From Eledone cirrhosa (lineage: Eukaryota): 64,000 bases of DNA. The notes beneath the pieces were generated by a model. That model worked only from the letters and a program-made list of their open reading frames with translations, was not told where the DNA came from and did not search any database. Made by a program: the position numbers and the translations under genes. Location of the stretch: contig OZ024741.1 of assembly GCA_964016885.1 (NCBI GenBank), positions 235,476,001-235,540,000 of the forward strand, in the 5' to 3' direction. Below, in pieces: positions 41,165 through 53,752 of this stretch; position 1 is the first letter of the stretch, and each line of letters opens with the position of its first letter.

Positions 41165-41922
41165 ACTCATGTTAGTGCCATGACAAAAGAGCACCTAGCC
41201 CTCCCAGCTATGTGGTCATGCAAGGATGACATGGCAAATAAGCACCCAGTCCACCCTGTAAAGTGGTCATGTTGGTGACACAACAGGGGGCACTCAGCCC
41301 ACCCTGTAAAGTGGGCATGCTGGTGACATGACAGAAGGCACCCAGTCTGCCCTGTGGAGTAGGTGGGTTGGTGACACAACAAAGCAGCCAGTTCACCCTG
41401 TAGGGTGGTCGTGTTAGTGAGATGACAATAAATACCCAGTCCACCCTGTAAAGTGGTCATGAGGAAGTCACAACACATGCACACAGTCCAACCTGTAAAG
41501 TGGTCGTGATGGTGACATGACAGAAGTGTCCATTTTGGTGCTAAGCACCCAGTCCACACTGAAGAGTGGTCATTTTGGTGTTGTGTCAAAAATTTCTCAG
41601 TCCACATTGTAAAGTGGTTGTGTTGGTGCTATGACAAAAAGCACTCACTTCACACTGTAGAGTGGTTATGTTGGTGACACAATAAAAAGTGCCCAGTCCA
41701 TACTGTAAAGTGGATGTGTTGGCGTCATGGCAAAAAGTACCCAGTCCACACTGTAAATGTGGTTGGCATTAGGAAAGGCATCCAACTGTAGAAACCAAAC
41801 CAGAAACAGTTCTGTATGAGCAAGACACAGTCATCTGACCTGACTTGACTCACAACAAGACAACTTGTCTAACCTATTCTAGTGTGGAAAAAGGTGGTCG
41901 TTAAACATTGATTATGACGATG
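41165..41922 (+). repeat. ~48-bp degenerate tandem array (~12 units) running into an RTE 3' end
   Basis: GCACCCAGTCCACnCTGTAAAGTGGT unit at 41242, 41290, 41338 ... 41641, 41689, 41737; then TTAGGAAAGGCATCCAACTG. Confidence 0.8.
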
Positions 41923-41929
41923 TATATGA

Positions 41930-43345
41930 CTGACAAGTTTCAAAAGGCTGGTACAATGTGGTAGAAATATATAAAGGGCAAAAGTTGACAAATAAAACAA
42001 AACAAAGTAATGTTTTACCTAGTATATTTCAACATTATATTTCAAGGCTATAACCCTCTTTTCAAATGTGAAATGGAAGCGGTTCAAAACAAATATGAAT
42101 GTTCGATGTGTTCTTCCCTAACTGGTTTAGTGTCCGAAATATGCCATGATAGTAGTCAATCTGCTTCGTACAGATAGGCTACTTCTAATCTATTATTTAT
42201 TTGAGGTTTTATCTTGATGATAATGGCCTCTTAAATTTCCCACATTCCTTTCCTTTATGAGGACCTCAGTGTCTGATTGTGACATCTGTCAAGATGTTTT
42301 TTGACAGAAGCTCTCGCCATCATGTGCTCCTTAATCCATATGTGCAGCATCCAGGTGGTACTTCAGATGTATAAGGAGCTACATTTTTTTATATGTGACC
42401 TTGTTGACCACATATGCTCTCAAGCACACTTCTGTGTCTGGAACAATTAGGAAGTTTGCGCATATTGTTGTATGCATGTCAGTGTCTGTAGAGTAGTCAC
42501 CTCAATGAAGGTATCCAGTACACTAGCTATATATTCAGGACCCCCCCCCCCCCTTATGGATGGCTTGTATGGTAGCAGCAGACGTCTTCTTATGGAAATG
42601 TGGCAGCTTTAGGTAGTGTATGTTGCCTGTAAGGTCACGTATCCTTGTTCTTTTAAGTGTTACTGTCTTGGCATTTCAGTGTTTGATGAGAGTAGGGTAG
42701 CCATTCCCAGTGAGAACTTTCTGGAATTCCACTGTGCTGGTATGTTTGTTGCTACCCTTGCAGCAAGGGTAGCAACAAACATACCAGCAGTAATATGTTG
42801 TACATCCAGGAGATCTCATTCTGTAAATAGACAATTTTTGCTTTGTAGGGAAAGGCAGAAACATGGTGCACAAAAACGTCTCTGCTGGCATCCTTCTTGT
42901 AAAATTTGGTGTATATGGATCCCTCCTCTGTGACTCTTAGTGTAAAGTAGAGTAGAGAGAGTGATCCAATGGCGTCTGGGCGGTCAACCACAAAATTCGC
43001 ATGTGCATCTTTGTTTTCAAAGACAGTGTAAATCTTCACAATGAGCATAAGGATGTCATCCATGTACCTTGAGAAGAAGGAGCATGAGAGGTGGGTGGTG
43101 AGTGCTGTATGGTCCAACTGGTCCATGTACATGATGACCAGTAGGCCAAAGAGACTTAGACCTCGTCGTTTCTGTTTCACATTTGAAAAGAGGGTATTGG
43201 TCCAGAAATATCATGCTGAAATATATTGGGTAAAACATTACTTTGTTTTGCTTTATTTGTCATCATTTGCTCTTTATATATTTCTACTGCATTGTACCGG
43301 CTTTTTAAGACTTATCTGTCGTTTATTTTATATCTCACAATGTAT
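41930..43345 (-). mobile_element. Penelope-like element: degenerate RT + GIY-YIG with an inverted copy of its 3' end (43175-43320, +)
   Basis: ORF 42752-43180 RYMDD..TKFYKK..FVHHVSAFPYKAK; LYI*STTWMLHIWIKEH at 42325-42375; KPQINNRLE (~42185-42210); 41935-42073 is the diverged reverse complement of 43175-43315. Confidence 0.88.
42032..42069 (-). ncRNA. Hammerhead ribozyme, U3-A8 variant, in the PLE 3' end (second, decayed copy 43179-43216 +)
   Basis: acat-TTGAAAA-gagg[gttatag]cctt-GAAA-ta-TA-atgt. Confidence 0.65.
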
Positions 43346-43352
43346 ATATACT

Positions 43353-43403
<51 letters not shown>

Positions 43404-43430
43404 TATATACTTTATATATGTATATATATA

Positions 43431-43763
43431 TATTTATTAAAATAACAGATTAAAGTTTAAGCAAAGAATCGCTGCTTTCACCCTTAACGGGATCTTCTGA
43501 AACTAACAAAGTCAATCTGTGAACGCAGAAGAAGTGAATATTTCAAAAAACGTTGCAACCGGAGGAAGACAGGAAGACGATACTTTGGTTCGTGGAAACG
43601 TTCCCTGGCAAAGAACGGGAAAAAACGAATATAATACGTCATTATTAGGAGCGGTGAAAAACAATTACACGCAAAGACAAAACTACGTTTATGGCATAAA
43701 AGAAGTCGTAGACTAATATTCTTATAATATTGCTTAAACTTTAATCTGTTATTTTAATAAATA
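43431..43763. mobile_element. Fold-back family F2 (arms 43431-43464 / 43730-43763)
   Basis: TATTTATTAAAATAACAGATTAAAGTTTAAGCAA inverted; same family at 55263-55950 and a fragment at ~44298-44337. Confidence 0.85.
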
Positions 43764-43780
43764 TAAATATATATATATAT

Positions 43781-44194
43781 GTGAAGATAGACATAGAATA
43801 TTCGAAAATATTCTGTATGTTTATAATAAACATTTTGAAGACCTAATCGCTATAGAATAGAATACGTCACGTATTACAATTAGATTCTCGATAAAAGCAA
43901 GGGAAGTAACCTACGCGTTTCATTCTTATTAGAAATCTTCAGGATTACATATCCAGTGCTTTTATCGAGAATGACACAGCTAGAGACTTATAGAATACTT
44001 AGCTGTGTACAGGAACTGGTTTGAAAGAGCGGTTGCCGGTCCGGCAGAAATATGAAACGCGTAGGTTACTTCCCTTGCTTTTATCGAGAATCTAATTGTA
44101 ATACGTGACGTATTCTATTCTATAGCGATTAGGTCTTCAAAATGTTTATTATAAACATACAGAATATTTTCGAATATTCTATGTCTATCTTCAC
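43781..44194. mobile_element. Fold-back with 143-bp arms (43781-43923 / 44052-44194) and HHR at 43906-43948 (-)
   Basis: gtaatc-CTGAAGA-tttct[aata]agaat-GAAA-cgcg-TA-ggttac; palindromic stem III ACGCGT; (TA)n on both sides. Confidence 0.88.
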
Positions 44195-44364
44195 ATATAT
44201 ATCGCTATTTCAGAGCATTTAATCCAATATATATATATATATGAGAATACTATGTATTCTCAGCAGTTCCAGCAGATAGCAGAGACGTGAGAATGGGATT
44301 CTTTGCTTTAACTTTAATCTGTTATTTTAATAAATATTTGCTCTACGGTTCTTATATATTTGAT

Positions 44365-44560
44365 ATGCACTTTTTTGATGAGTTGTGGTGCACCTGGGCA
44401 CTGTGCACAATATTTCGTTATTGTTATTATATCATGACTCATACACTGTTTATTTTCCTGACATTTGTACATTATTCTATGTACTATACATGCACCTTTG
44501 ATGAGTTGTAGTGCTCCTGAGCACTGTACACAATAATTTCATTATTATTATTATTATTAT
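44365..44560 (+). mobile_element. Two 5'-truncated CR1-type 3' ends with (ATT)n tails
   Basis: 44433-44545 matches the 3' UTR at 11459-11565; shorter copy at 44365-44430. Confidence 0.85.
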
Positions 44561-44606
44561 CCTTATCGAGCCCTCTTTGGGTTTTAGTCTTCAAATTTAT
44601 TATTAT

Positions 44607-44672
<66 letters not shown>

Positions 44673-44844
44673 ACCGTGACAAGTGGAGAGATGCTGTGCT
44701 GAATTAGACCCGTCCCACCACCCTTGCAAGCAGGGAAAAGGGGACGTAAAATGATGATGATGATGATGATGATGATGATATAAATATGAAAAGATTCAGG
44801 GCCACGACAGCTAAGCTCCAGCCGTTTCGAAGCTAGATCCGAAC

Positions 44845-44923
<79 letters not shown>

Positions 44924-45664
44924 AATGTATATATATATAAATGTATATATATATGATGATGATGATGATAATACACACACAAGTACACACACTTACACAC
45001 ACACACACACACATATGTGTGTGTGTGTGTGTGTATATAAATGTATATATATATAAATGTATATATATATGATGATGATGATGATGTTGATAATACACAC
45101 ACAAGTACACACACACACTTACACACACGCACACACTCATATATGTGTGTGTGTGTGTGTGTATATAAATGTATATATATATAAATGTATATATATATGA
45201 TGATGATGATGTTGATAATACACACACAAGTACACACACTTACACACACTTACACACACGCACACGCGCACATATGCGTGCATACATCATACTACACATA
45301 CATTACACTACATAAACATACATACAGTATACCTTAAACACATTAATATTCACACACCATACACCACACGCACACACGCACACACACACACCATACACAC
45401 AAAACACACAAGTGTATCAAGCACATATGATGACACAGTTGGAGCTCCCCCTCTTCACCCATGAAGTTGTCATCCCCTCCTACTCACATCCCACATACCT
45501 CATTAATGTTTCATTATTAACTGCCTGAATCTATCTGTCTTTCTGTCTGACTGTCTGACTGCCTGTCTGCAAGTGAAGGAGTCATGTGTATATATAGTCA
45601 TGTGTGTGTGTATGTGTGCATGCACATATATAAATATATATATATTTATATGTATATATTACAT

Positions 45665-45696
<32 letters not shown>

Positions 45697-46270
45697 TTAA
45701 CGTCCATATTCCACGGTTGCATGGGTCTGGACGGGAGTTTTCCCACTTGAGGCAAGAGTGGTTGTCTTGCTCGCATAGGACTGTCTGGCGGGTTTTCTAC
45801 AGCTGGATGCCCTTCCTAACACCAACCACATTTACAGTGTGGGACTGGGAGGTTTTTACCGTGTTGCCTACACGGCCACATTACAGCGTGGACTATCTGG
45901 CGGGTTTTCTACAGCTGGATGCCCTTCCTAACACCAACCACATTTACAGTGTGGGGCTGGGAGGTTTTTACCGTGTTGCCTACACGGCCACATTACAGCG
46001 TGGACTATCTGGCAGGTTTTCTACAGCTGGATGCCCTTCCTAACACCAACCACATTTACAGTGTGGGACTGGGAGGTTTTTACCGTGTTACCTATACGGC
46101 CACATTACAGCGTGGACTGTCTGGCGGGTTTTCTACAGCTGGATGCCCTTCCTAACACCAACCACATTTACAGTGTGGGGCTGGGAGGTTTTTACCGTGT
46201 TACCTACACGGCCACATTACAGCGTGGACTGTGTGTTTTTTTTTTTTTTTGTCGTGACACCTACACGACC
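45665..46270 (-). repeat. RTE 3' end containing a 112-bp x4 tandem amplification
   Basis: GGACT(G/A)TCTGG at 45778, 45890, 46002, 46114 (GGACTG again at 46226); single-unit relatives at 33150-33370 and ~39230-39470. Confidence 0.92.
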
Positions 46271-46430
46271 TCATTTGTTTCGGGCTGGATGTTGTGACAC
46301 CAATATAACTTTACATTGAAAGGGGTGGTGTGGATGGGGTGTGGGTAGTGGGACGGGGGGTGTATTTTGTTAGAGGTGCCTACTGACTGTAGTAGATATA
46401 CATACATATATTTATTTATATAGGTGCATG

Positions 46431-46467
<37 letters not shown>

Positions 46468-46922
46468 GCAAAAGTTTTATTTAAAATTGTTGGGTTACAA
46501 CAAGTAAATATTTTATAACTGATATAAAGCACTCAACAAGTTTTTGGAGTAGATATACGATATTAAACAAATGGAAACTATATTTATAAAACCATATTTA
46601 TTTCATTATACATATTTCAGGGATACCATATTAAAAATATGGCATGCCTTCGTCAGATAAAATACAATATATAAACACTTTTATAAATAATTTTGACGTA
46701 CCATAAATATAAGGGACCATTAAGGTAAGAAGCTGACTACCAAGCCAGCTTCCTACCTTAATGGTCGCTTATATTTATGGTACGTCAAAATTATTTATAA
46801 AAGTGTTTATATATTGTATTTTATCTGACGAAGGCATGCCATATTTTTAATATGGTATCCCTGAAATATGTATAATGAAATAAATATGGTTTTATAAATA
46901 TAGTTTCCATTTGTTTAATATC

Positions 46923-46928
<6 letters not shown>
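46468..46928. mobile_element. Fold-back F1 (183-bp arms 46553-46735 / 46746-46928); HHRs at 46601-46662 (-) and 46819-46880 (+)
   Basis: ttttat-CTGACGA-aggcatgccatatt[ttt]aatatggtatccct-GAAA-tatgta-TA-atgaaa; 10-nt spacer; (TA)n flanks. Confidence 0.92.
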
Positions 46929-46985
<57 letters not shown>

Positions 46986-46988
<3 letters not shown>

Positions 46989-47160
46989 AGTTTAATATAG
47001 AAATGGCTTCTACAAGACTAGAACTGTTTTATTCAAAAGAAACAGTTCTAGTCCTGTAGAAGCCATTTCTATATTAAAATTGATGTTTACACTCTACTAA
47101 TATATTGAGTACCTTACTAACTGTTGTTATCCCCAAATGAACAAATGAAACAGGGACTCA
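46986..47160. mobile_element. Short fold-back (46986-47083) with a 3' extension; relative at ~62620-62800
   Basis: ~44-bp arms; shared GAAACAGTTCTAGTC and ACTCTAC..ATATTGAGTACCTT. Confidence 0.75.
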
Positions 47161-47229
47161 TATATATATACATCTATCTATACATATATATGTATATATA
47201 TGTATATATATATATATATATATACACAC

Positions 47230-47830
47230 AGAGGTATCCACTCTAAGTTGTGGGGTCTATTCTGTATGAAGAACTCAATGTTGAAAATGTTGTAGGTTAA
47301 GATAAATCTCAGAAAACAATAAAACATTAAAAGGAAAACAGAGTCATTATATAAGTTAAAACAATGAAATAAAAAATCAAGTCATTAGAGATATACTTCA
47401 CTGCTTTACGATCGTTTCTAGATGGTGATAATACATTGTATCTATACTCAGTTATTGATCTATGTAAGTTTTACAAACTATCAGATAGAGAGAATATTTA
47501 CTTACATGCATATCACCAGCTGTTTTCAAAAGCAATAATAATTTTAGTAGTTGAAGAACTAATGAATTAGTTAGTTCTTCAACTACCTCCAAATATGGAC
47601 ATGATACTAATTCTGAGTAAAATTATTATTGAATAAAATTATTATTGCTTTTGAAAACAGCTGGTGATATGCATGTAAGTAAATATTCTCTCTATCTGAT
47701 AGTTTGTAAAACTTACATAGATCAATAACTGAGTATAGATACAATGTATTATCACCATCTAGAAACGATCGTAAAGCAGTGAAGTATATCTCTAATGACT
47801 TGATTTTTTATTTCATTGTTTTAACTTATA
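47230..47830. mobile_element. Fold-back with ~197-bp arms (47349-47546 / 47634-47830); long-stem-II HHRs at 47400-47536 (-) and 47644-47780 (+)
   Basis: attgctt-TTGAAAA-[104 nt closed by tggtgata/tatcacca]-GAAA-cgatcg-TA-aagcagt; extra 16-bp hairpin at 47547-47586. Confidence 0.85.
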
Positions 47831-47914
47831 TATATATATATATGAGTCCTGGGTTCATTTGGGGGTCACCACAAATATGTGGGTAATGTGTATTTGATCT
47901 TCTTGTATATATAA

Positions 47915-48335
47915 ATGTTTATAACTGATTCAGAGCACTCGACAAGTTTTCTGGAGTATAATATTCAATGATATTAAATAAATTGCCTTTCATCCTTACG
48001 GGGTCGATAAAATAAAGTACCAGTAATGCACTGGGATAATTGCTGGCCTGGTGCCAAAAGTAGAAACAATTAAATAAATGGAAACTATATTTATGAAACC
48101 ATATTTATTCTATTATATATATTTCAAGGGTACCAAAACTTTGGTACTCTTTCATCAGATAAAATACAAAGTTTGTTTTATAAATTTTGACATAACCAAG
48201 AAACCTTAATGTTTCAAGTTTTTCTTGGATAGTCGACTATCCAAGAAAAACTTAAACCGTTAAAGTATCTTTTCTTGGTTATGTCAAAATTTATAAAACA
48301 AACTTTGTATTTTATCTGATGAAAGCGTACCAAGC
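47915..48335. mobile_element. Fold-back F1 (centre TCGA 48233-48236), HHR 48108-48164 (-), interrupted by SINE A 47984-48068 with 11-bp TSD ATTAAATAAAT
   Basis: GGATAGTCGACTATCC spacerless centre; ttttat-CTGATGA-aagagtaccaaagttttggtaccctt-GAAA-tatata-TA-atagaa; TSD 47973-47983 and 48069-48079. Confidence 0.88.
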
Positions 48336-48459
48336 AAAATGTGTATATATATCCAGGGAGTGTAACTTGGAGTTACTGTAGGTTCACTCGGGTGAGCACT
48401 CGATGTTTATGTGTTTATATATATATACAATATATATACATATATATATACATGTACAT

Positions 48460-48885
48460 TGCTGATGTGGAGTCTGTGCTGCTGTACGGGTCTGAAACTT
48501 GGACACTGACTAAGAAACTCACTCAGATGGTGGATGGGTGCTACACAAGAATGCTGAGGATGGCTCTGAACATTAATCAGTATACACTGAGGATGAAAAA
48601 CTCAGAGCTGTATGGGAGCCTCCCAAAGGTCAGCTCAAAAGTGACCCAGAGGAGACTGAGGTTAGCCGGACATGCTCACCGACATCCAGAGTTGACACTG
48701 CACTCAGTGCTCCTGAGGGAGCCCCTGCATGGACACACTTGAAGAGGAAGACCTAGGTTAACGTATGTTGATGCCCTAAGGACAGACACTGGTCTGTTGG
48801 AGACGCAGGACATAGCAGCGATAATGAGGAACAGAGACTGCTGGAGAGAACTCGTCCATTGATCTCGGGAATTTTACCCGCCCTA
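48460..48885 (+). mobile_element. RTE-like LINE fragment, different family
   Basis: VESVLLYGSETWTLT..RMLRMALNI..RRLRLAGH..RRGRP. Confidence 0.85.
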
Positions 48886-49264
48886 GATATATAGAGATAT
48901 AAATATATATAGATACAAATATATATAAATATATATATATATATATTTGTATATGTAACCAGATTAGAGCAAACATCACGAGCGCTCTATCTCAAAATTA
49001 TTTTTGAAAAGCATTAGAAATGCGCAACCGGTAAAAACTTAAAACTAAAACTGAATATTAACCAATACTTATTACTAATTTATACTTATTCCTAATTAAA
49101 CTATTTCTCACTGGGAAAAATTTGAAAGCATTTTCTTTTCCTTTTTACTAATATATATATATATGATTGGAACGATCGACTTTCGTCAAATCGGACCGAG
49201 GAAACAATGTTTCCGTTAGTCTTTCCAATTGCTAATATTATCTATCGGTCGCAACTCCAGGTAG

Positions 49265-49391
49265 AAGGAGCAACGAGAAATAAAGTGTCTTGCTCAAGGA
49301 CATAATGCATCGCCTGGTCCAGGAATCAAAGAATCAAACTCACAACCTTACGGTTGTGAATCCAATTCTCTAACCACTCAGCCACATGCCT
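49265..49391 (-). mobile_element. SINE family B fragment
   Basis: AATAAAGTGTCTTGCTCAAGGA..CTAACCACTCAGCCAC. Confidence 0.78.
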
Positions 49392-49392
49392 T

Positions 49393-49517
<125 letters not shown>

Positions 49518-49538
49518 ATGTATATATATATATACATG

Positions 49539-49591
<53 letters not shown>

Positions 49592-49856
49592 TTTTCATAA
49601 GGAAAGTATATACTTTTGAATGTTCAACTATCTGGCAGATGGGTATACGGTGCTGATGATAGCTAACAAGCTTGAAACTAGTACATCGTTCCTGTGTCAG
49701 TGTTGAACAAAAAGGTGACGTGGTTGCCTTAACACCGTGCGGCATAAATTCAGGCTGTTCAGTTTGTTTACAAACGAACAAAGCGGGCGCTATAATAAGC
49801 GTCCGCTAAACTGATGCGTACATATATGTATGTGTACCTGTATGTATATATGTATA

Positions 49857-49924
<68 letters not shown>

Positions 49925-52099
49925 TGCTACTGTACGTCTGTATACATATATGTATGTACGTATACATACATACTTACATTTAAGTAAGTGCCGTACTAAG
50001 AGTGAGAAATGAAATTTCGTTTTCATTTTATTACAACCTATATATATATATATATATATATGTAGGAGGTGAGTTTTATTGTAGTACAATAAAGCAATGC
50101 GGATATCGGATAAGAAGCACTCTACAGTTTGTAGGACTGGAGTATACATAATATATAAGATCAAAAGATGGTTAAAGGAGTTCCATGTATTTTATTATGC
50201 GCATTTCAAAAACAAACATCATCATGCAATAATATTTGTGTTTTCATCAGATAAAACAGGAGAACATGATATGAAGGCTAAAAAACACTTGTGGATAGTG
50301 CAGTTTTAAATCAACATATGAAAAGTAGTTTTAGATTGATGTGTGATATTGGGAAAAATATTTTATTTAGAGAGGGGGGGTGGAAAGGATGAAAAAAGGG
50401 GAGGAGATGAGAGTGAAGGTGGAGAGGGAGAGATGGGTGATAGAGAGAAAGAGATAGTTTTTATAACTGAGAGAAGATATATTGTTTTACATAGAGAGGT
50501 TGAAAACCGTTGGAAGATAATGTATAAATTAAAAGAATTTGAAAATTAACGAAGGGAAAAATATGTACGAGGAAAAAAAAAAAAAATTTTATTTAGAGAG
50601 GGGGGTGGAAAGGATGAAAAAAGGGGAGGAGATGAGAGTGAAGGTGGAGAGGGAGAGATGGGTGATAGAGAGAAAGAGATAGTTTTTGTAACTGAGAAAA
50701 GATATATTGTTTTACATAGAGAGGTTGAGAACCGTTGGAAGATAATGTATAAATTAAAAGAATTTGAAAATTAACGAAGGGAAAAAATATGTACGAGGAA
50801 AGAGAGGGAGTTGATATGTGTTGAGATTAAAAATTGAGATTAAAAAGTTTGAAGATAGAGAGAAAAAATAATAATTGCGGATGAATATTCTAACGTCAAA
50901 AAGGTGTATGTTTATAAGTATTATGGCAATTTCAAAATTAATGAAGAGAAAAAATTATTAAGGTTTGCGTGTTGAAGGATTTGAGAAAAATATTGTGAAG
51001 TTAAAGTTTGTATATTGAAGGAATTGATAATATGTGCGAAGAAAGAGTTAATATGTATTAAAAAATTATTAAGGTTTGTATATTAGATGATTTGAGAAAA
51101 ATAATGTGAAGTTAAGGTTTGTATATTGAAGGAATTGATAATATGTGCGAAGAAAGAGTTAATATGTATTAAGAATGAATATTCTAGCGTCAAAAGAAGG
51201 AGAGGGAGTTAATGTATTGAGATTAAAAAGTTTGATGATGGAGAGAAAAAAAAAAAAAATAATAATTGCGGATGAATATTCTAACGTCAAAAAAACAAAT
51301 GTATATGTTATGAAGGATTTTACAAGGTGAAGATAGAATGAGGGTAATGAGTAAACAAGTATTATAGAGTGTATAATGCCCTTTGAAGTAAGGTAGGAAG
51401 ATGGGTATAATTTAAAGAGGTGTGTGTATATGTGCCTTTGAGAAAAGATTCTAAATTGATAAAGAATTGAATATTAACTGTATACTTTGTGAAAAGTCCT
51501 ATGGAATTTATGCAGGCAGATAGAAAATAAATCTGTACGTCTATTTATTATAGAATCTAGGTTAGAGATAATTGTAAATTTTTCATTTAGGCAGAGATTA
51601 CAGATTTTAGATAGAGAGCTGTTCAAGTATGAGGACGCAGAAGAAACCTTCTTCCAAAAGATGGTATATTTAATGTTTTTGTCTTTCAAGGACCATATGA
51701 GTTCTGAGAGAGCCGTGTTGGTTCTTTTAAGTTTGTATTTAAAAGATGAATGATGATTATAGAGACGAGCTTTAAAAGAGGTGGAAGTGGAGCCAAAATA
51801 GGTGAAGGAATTGGTGCTAGTTATAACTTTACATTCATAAATTAAGTTTTTATCAAGACAATGGTTGTTGAGAGGACATTTATTTTTAATGCGGCAGTTG
51901 CAGTACTCCCGACGTCATTGTAAACCCTAGGCTAACTTCTGTAAACCCAAATACAACGTCAAACACAACTTCGCTAAATGTTCATAATCCAACTCTAAAT
52001 CAAGAAACTATTATTCCTATTATTCCTATCGCAAACAACTTCTCCAATCCAGTTCCTTCTATAGATAACACTAGGTCACTCATTAATAATCTCTCTAAT

Positions 52100-52528
52100 T
52101 GCAACTGCCGCATTAAAAATAAATGTCCTCTCAACAACCATTGTCTTGATAAAAACTTAATTTATGAATGTAAAGTTATAACTAGCACCAATTCCTTCAC
52201 CTATTTTGGCTCCACTTCCACCTCTTTTAAAGCTCGTCTCTATAATCATCATTCATCTTTTAAATACAAACTTAAAAGAACCAACACGGCTCTCTCAGAA
52301 CTCATATGGTCCTTGAAAGACAAAAACATTAAATATACCATCTTTTGGAAGAAGGTTTATTCTGCGTCCTCATACTTGAACAGCTCTCTATCTAAAATCT
52401 ATAATCTCTGCCTAAATGAAAAATTTACCATTATCTCTAATCTAGATTCTATAATAAATAGACGTACAGATTTGTTTTCTATCTGCCTGCATAAATTCCA
52501 TAGGACTTTTCACAAAGTATACAGCTAA
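52100..52528 (+). pseudogene. PLE C-terminal GIY-YIG endonuclease, 5'-truncated (mirror copy 51474-51902 on -)
   Basis: CNCRIKNKCPLNNHCLDKNLIYECKV...TYFGSTSTSFKARLYNHHSSF...LSELIWSLK...I(C/Y)NLCLNEK...NRRTDLFSICLH; open frame without RT. Confidence 0.88.
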
Positions 52529-53752
52529 TATTCAATTCTTTATCAATTTAGAATCTTTTCTCAAAGGCACATATACACACACCTCTTTAAATTATACCCA
52601 TCTTCCTACCTTACTTCAAAGGGCATTATACACTCTATAATACTTGTTTACTCATTACCCTCATTCTATCTTCACCTTGTAAAATCCTTCATAACATATA
52701 CATTTGTTTTTTTTGACGTTAGAATATTCATCCGCAATTATTTTTTTTTTTTTTTCTCTCCATCATCAAACTTTTTAATCTCAATACATTAACTCCCTCT
52801 CCTTCTTTTGACGCTAGAATATTCATTCTTAATACATATTAACTCTTTCTTCGCACATATTATCAATTCCTTCAATATACAAACCTTAACTTCACATTAT
52901 TTTTCTCAAATCATCTAATACACAAACCTTAATAATTTTTTAATACATATTAACTCTTTCTTCGCACATATTATCAATTCCTTCAATATACAAACTTTAA
53001 CTTCACATTATTTTTCTCAAATCCTTCAACACGCAAACCTTAATAATTTTTTCTCTTCATTAATTTTGAAATTGCCATAATACTTATAAACATACACCTT
53101 TTTGACGTTAGAATATTCATCCGCAATTATTATTTTTTCTCTCTATCTTCAAACTTTTTAATCTCAATTTTTAATCTCAACACATATCAACTCCCTCTCT
53201 TTCCTCGTACATATTTTTTCCCTTCGTTAATTTTCAAATTCTTTTAATTTATACATTATCTTCCAACGGTTCTCAACCTCTCTATGTAAAACAATATATC
53301 TTTTCTCAGTTACAAAAACTATCTCTTTCTCTCTATCACCCATCTCTCCCTCTCCACCTTCACTCTCATCTCCTCCCCTTTTTTCATCCTTTCCACCACC
53401 CCTCTCTAAATAAAATTTTTTTTTTCCCTTGTACATATTTTTCCCTTCGTTAATTTTCAAATTCTTTTAATTTATACATTATCTTCCAACGGTTTTCAAC
53501 CTCTCTATGTAAAACAATATATCTTCTCTCAGTTATAAAAACTATCTCTTTCTCTCTATCACCCATTTCTCCCACTCCACCTTCACTCTCATCTCCTCCC
53601 CTTTTTTCATCCTTTCCACCGCCCCCGCCCCCCCCTCTCTAAATAAAATATTTTTCCCAATATCACACATCAATCTAAAACTACTTTTCATATGTTGATT
53701 TAAAACTGCACTATCCACAAGTGTTTTTTAGCCTTCATATCATGTTCTCCTG

